A DNA stretch of 64,000 bases. Source: Eledone cirrhosa. Lineage: Eukaryota. The notes below the pieces were generated by a model, which ran no database searches, was not told where the DNA came from, and worked only from the letters and a program-made list of their open reading frames with translations. The stretch spans positions 434,001 to 498,000 of the forward strand of contig OZ024751.1 in NCBI GenBank assembly GCA_964016885.1. Reading direction: 5' to 3'. Below are positions 60,541 to 64,000 of the stretch, piece by piece (the stretch's first letter is position 1; each line of letters starts with the position of its first letter). The translations under genes were made by a program, and so were the position numbers.

Positions 60541-60869
60541 ATTATGTAAACTATATATATATGTGTTTGTCTATATTGTATCTGTATTATTTTTGACCGC
60601 CGGTCAGTCAATGGCAACATTGAGGACCGAGTAAGTTAGATCGCAGATATATATATATAAAAGACAGCGAGAAGCGAAAACCAACCAAACAGTGAGTGTG
60701 TTCTGTTATTAATTCTGGCAATATTACGCAAATATGACCCTCCCCAAATATAACAATATATATATATACATGCATATATATATATACATATATATATATT
60801 CCAACGTTTTACGTCCGTTCTTCCACCCATGCTCGCGTGGAAGAACGGACGTAAAACGTTGGAATATAT

Positions 60870-61410
60870 ATCATCATCATCATCATTTAATGTCTATCTT
60901 CCACGCTAGCATGGGTTTAGACGGAAATTATCCCACTTGAGGCAAGATTGGTCATCTCGCTCGTATAGGACTGTCTGGTAGGTTTTCTATGGCTGGATGC
61001 CCTTCCTAACACCAACCACGTTTACAGTGGGGACTGGGAGGTTTTTACCGTGTTACCTACACGGCCACATTACAGCGTGGACTATGTTTTTTTTTGTCGT
61101 GACACCTACACGACTTCATTTACTTAGGACTGGATGTTGTGGTACCAACATAACTTTACATCGAAAGGGGTGGGGGTAGTGGGACGGGGGTGTATTTTGG
61201 TTAAGAGGTACCTACTGTACATAGGCAAGGTGGGTCTTCTGTATTACTGCGGAGCACCAAAGATCTCGGTCCAGTGACATTGTCTTGGAGGTGTAAGGTC
61301 GGAATTTATCAAGTCGTCCCAGGTTTTTCTGGGTCTGCCTACTCCGTAGCTACCATTTTGATCGCCCTGCACTTTTTTATACAGCTGTCGTCTTTCATGT
61401 GCATCACGTA
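60870..61410 (-). mobile_element. RTE LINE 3' fragment
   Basis: Reverse complement of the RTE C-terminus and 3' UTR with (GAT)n tail. Confidence 0.88.
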
Positions 61411-61429
61411 TATATACATATATACATAG

Positions 61430-61550
61430 TGAAGGCGTGTGGCTGAGTGGTTAGAGAATTGGTTTCACAATCTTGAGGTTGTGAGTTCGATTCCTGGACT
61501 GGGCGATGCGTTATGTCCTTGAGCAAGACACTTTATTTCACGTTGCTCCT
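61430..61550 (+). mobile_element. SINE head (tRNA-like + CORE/Meta-like)
   Basis: TGGCTGAGTGGTTAG, GAGTTCGATTCC, GTCCTTGAGCAAGACACTTTATTTCAC. Confidence 0.8.
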
Positions 61551-61661
61551 TCTACCTGGAGTTGCGACCGATAGAGAGTATTAGCAACTGGAAAGACCAA
61601 TGGAAACATTGTTTCCTCGGTCCGACTTGACAAAAGTCGATCGATCGATATGTATATATAT

Positions 61662-62080
61662 CACCATTTTTTACGTCCGTTCTGCCACGCTAGCATGGGT
61701 TAGACGGGTTGTCCCATTGTGGGCAGTGTCTGGTCGGCTGACCTTGTCTTGCTCATACGGGAACTGATTCTGGCTTGATTTCTACAGCTGGATGCCCTTC
61801 CTAACACCAACCTCATTTACAGTGAGTGCTGGGTGCTTTTTCTCCGTGGCGCCTACACGTCCACTTTACAGTGTGGGTAGGGTGCTTTTTTTCCGTGGAA
61901 CCTCCATGACCACTCTACAGTGGAATGATAGGGACCCCAGTCCCTATCATCTCATTTCTACAACTGAGTAAACTGGAGCAATATGAAATAAAGTATCTTG
62001 CTCAAGGAAACAACACATCACCCGGTCTGCTGAGAATTGAACTCACAACCTTTCGATTGCAAGCCCAATGCTCTAACCAC
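61662..62080 (-). mobile_element. SINE with long RTE-type tail
   Basis: Head as 55365; tail matches the 3' end of the RTE at 54740-55020. Confidence 0.85.
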
Positions 62081-62115
<35 letters not shown>

Positions 62116-62232
62116 AAAAACACCAGTATTCCGATTATTTGATTAGAGGTAAACACTGAGTGATATATATATATATATACATATATAGTGCCGAAACATA
62201 AGTCAATTGCATGAACTCATAATCCTTTATTT

Positions 62233-62288
62233 ACTGCTATATATATTTCGATGATAGGCATTGAATGGTTATGACCTCATCAGGCAGT
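62233..62288 (-). ncRNA. Type I hammerhead motif, separate family
   Basis: actgc-CTGATGA(62283-62277)-ggtcataaccattcaatgcctatcatc-GAAA(62249-62246)-tatata-TA-gcagt; perfect 5-bp stem I. Confidence 0.75.
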
Positions 62289-62351
62289 TAGTCAGTTCTT
62301 AGATATGCCAGCTCTGTGTGTATAGTGTTGATCGTATCAGAGCCTTGGGAC

Positions 62352-62396
<45 letters not shown>

Positions 62397-62535
62397 AACC
62401 AGTAAGACCCCGACAGCTGAGCTCAAGCCATACCCACTCTACTACCTCAAGTATTGAGTACTTTGGTGCGTTATGGTCCACCTGGTTCCTTACCACATTT
62501 CCTTCGTTATATATATATATATATATGTATACATA

Positions 62536-62615
<80 letters not shown>

Positions 62616-62616
62616 C

Positions 62617-62650
<34 letters not shown>

Positions 62651-62651
<1 letters not shown>

Positions 62652-62822
62652 GTGAAAGATTGAAGAATAACATGGTCGGCTTTATAAAAAGGTTTTATTT
62701 CTAGTATTAACAATTGTTTCATTGATCAGGTGAGTCTAAAGGCTGCTAATCACTCGAAGTTGCGTCACTCAACCTTAAATACAGTGTTTACCTCTGATCA
62801 AATAATCGGAATACTGGTGTTT
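62651..62822 (-). mobile_element. Second copy of the long-stem-II HHR-like family
   Basis: cagtatt-CCGATTA-tttgatcag...ctgatcaat-GAAA-caattg-TT-aatact; ends TCTTTCACT+(TA)n like 24597; inverted fragment at 62117-62160. Confidence 0.65.
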
Positions 62823-63514
62823 TTTCATATGGCATTGGTATTTATAGATACAACAGAGAACCAAAACAATAACATCAATAATAAAAGATAATAACAAAGA
62901 AGTAAAGAAGTTAGAATGAAGATGATAAAGACGTAAAAAATAACTAAAAAAATAATAAGTACAGAATACGATTGCTGATAGTAGTGGTGGTGGTGGTGGT
63001 GATTAAAGTTACAGTGGTGAGTAAGTGTATGTGTAAAGACCTGGTGAGGGTAGAGATAATACAAGCATGAAACGAAACGTTAGATACATACATACGTAGT
63101 GGTCAAATCTCAGAGGGTTAGAGTAGACAATTAAAAAATAATAACAAAAGACAGATAAAATATAATAAATTAAAAATTAAGTGAGAGGGGAAGAGATACA
63201 GGACAGGAGACAGAGAGTGAGGGTGGCGATACGATGAGATGATACGTGTGGTTGATTTAATGACCAGTTGGTCAGTTGACAGCTAATAACAGTGGGGTGG
63301 TATGTAGTCAGTACATTAATATCCGGGTGGTTCTGCTTGAATTCTCAGATTGCTGGATCGAATCATGTTGGTTTGAAATTTGCGAACTTGGTAGCTGCAG
63401 ACTTTGCAATATGGAGCTGTTCCATATTTTAAAGTTTGATAAAATGGTGCTTAACTGCAAAATAGAACGATCAATGTTCTGTAGGCACAAAGCAGCTACT
63501 AAGTTTGCAAATTT

Positions 63515-63700
63515 ACTTGAGAGGAGATTACGTTGGTGTGGTCATGTGATGCATATGAAGGATGACAGCTGTATAAAAAAGTGTAGGGCGATCAAAATTG
63601 ATGGAAGCTATGGATTAGGTAGACCCAGAAAAACCTGGTGATGAAAACTAACCTTGTACACTTGCACCTCTCTAAGACAATGTCACTGGATTGAGACAAA
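63515..63700 (+). mobile_element. RTE LINE fragment
   Basis: LLERRLRWCGHVMHMKDDSCIKKCRAIKIDGSYGLGRPRKTW. Confidence 0.85.
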
Positions 63701-64000
63701 TATGGCTGACCACAACACACCCACACACACACCAAACTACAGCAACCACACTAAACATTGTAAGGCCCTGTACTCTATACACATTACTACCAATGTACCA
63801 GGAACATTCTTCAGGGCCCTTGAATAATCCTTTCCACCCACACACAAATACCACAAGCTCTTTAACAGACACACAGTAACATTCTCATTCTCTACAACAC
63901 CCAATCTAGCCAACACTATAGCATACACTAATAGGATCAAAATACGCAAACACAAGCAAGCACCCCAAGCAACCACTAGTACAGCCCAAAATAACACCAC

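Larger units (their letters stand above)
59116..60758 (+). mobile_element. 5'-truncated PLE of a different clade (possibly Nematis-like) with ~340-bp inverted arm
   Basis: 59116-59455 is the reverse complement of ~60417-60758; related terminus at 31920-31990. Confidence 0.88.

Overview
Eukaryotic, AT-rich, repeat-dominated DNA. The SINE types, RTE LINEs and giant (TA)n arrays suggest a coleoid cephalopod such as Octopus (inference only). Most predicted Tyr/Ile-rich ORFs are microsatellite artefacts. Real content: (1) one young, apparently intact Penelope-like retroelement (PLE) at 42417-48153 with a 737-aa RT + GIY-YIG ORF, a 1.68-kb inverted arm and three hammerhead ribozyme (HHR) motifs; (2) about 20 complete, partial or degenerate type-I HHR motifs from several unrelated sequence families, mostly in small elements embedded in (TA)n and often folded back as palindromes; (3) two copies of an ORF-less, ~420-nt-unit, HHR-bearing tandem element with PLE-like architecture, a candidate retrozyme (29474-31380 and 58284-59033); (4) many decayed RTE LINEs carrying a PHD-type finger after the RT, their partner tRNA-derived SINEs, a CR1-type LINE fragment, Tc1 and mariner transposons and MITEs; (5) two phase-compatible candidate host exons on the minus strand near 11 kb. 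RNA folds were done by eye, and element boundaries are approximate unless a terminal motif is quoted.
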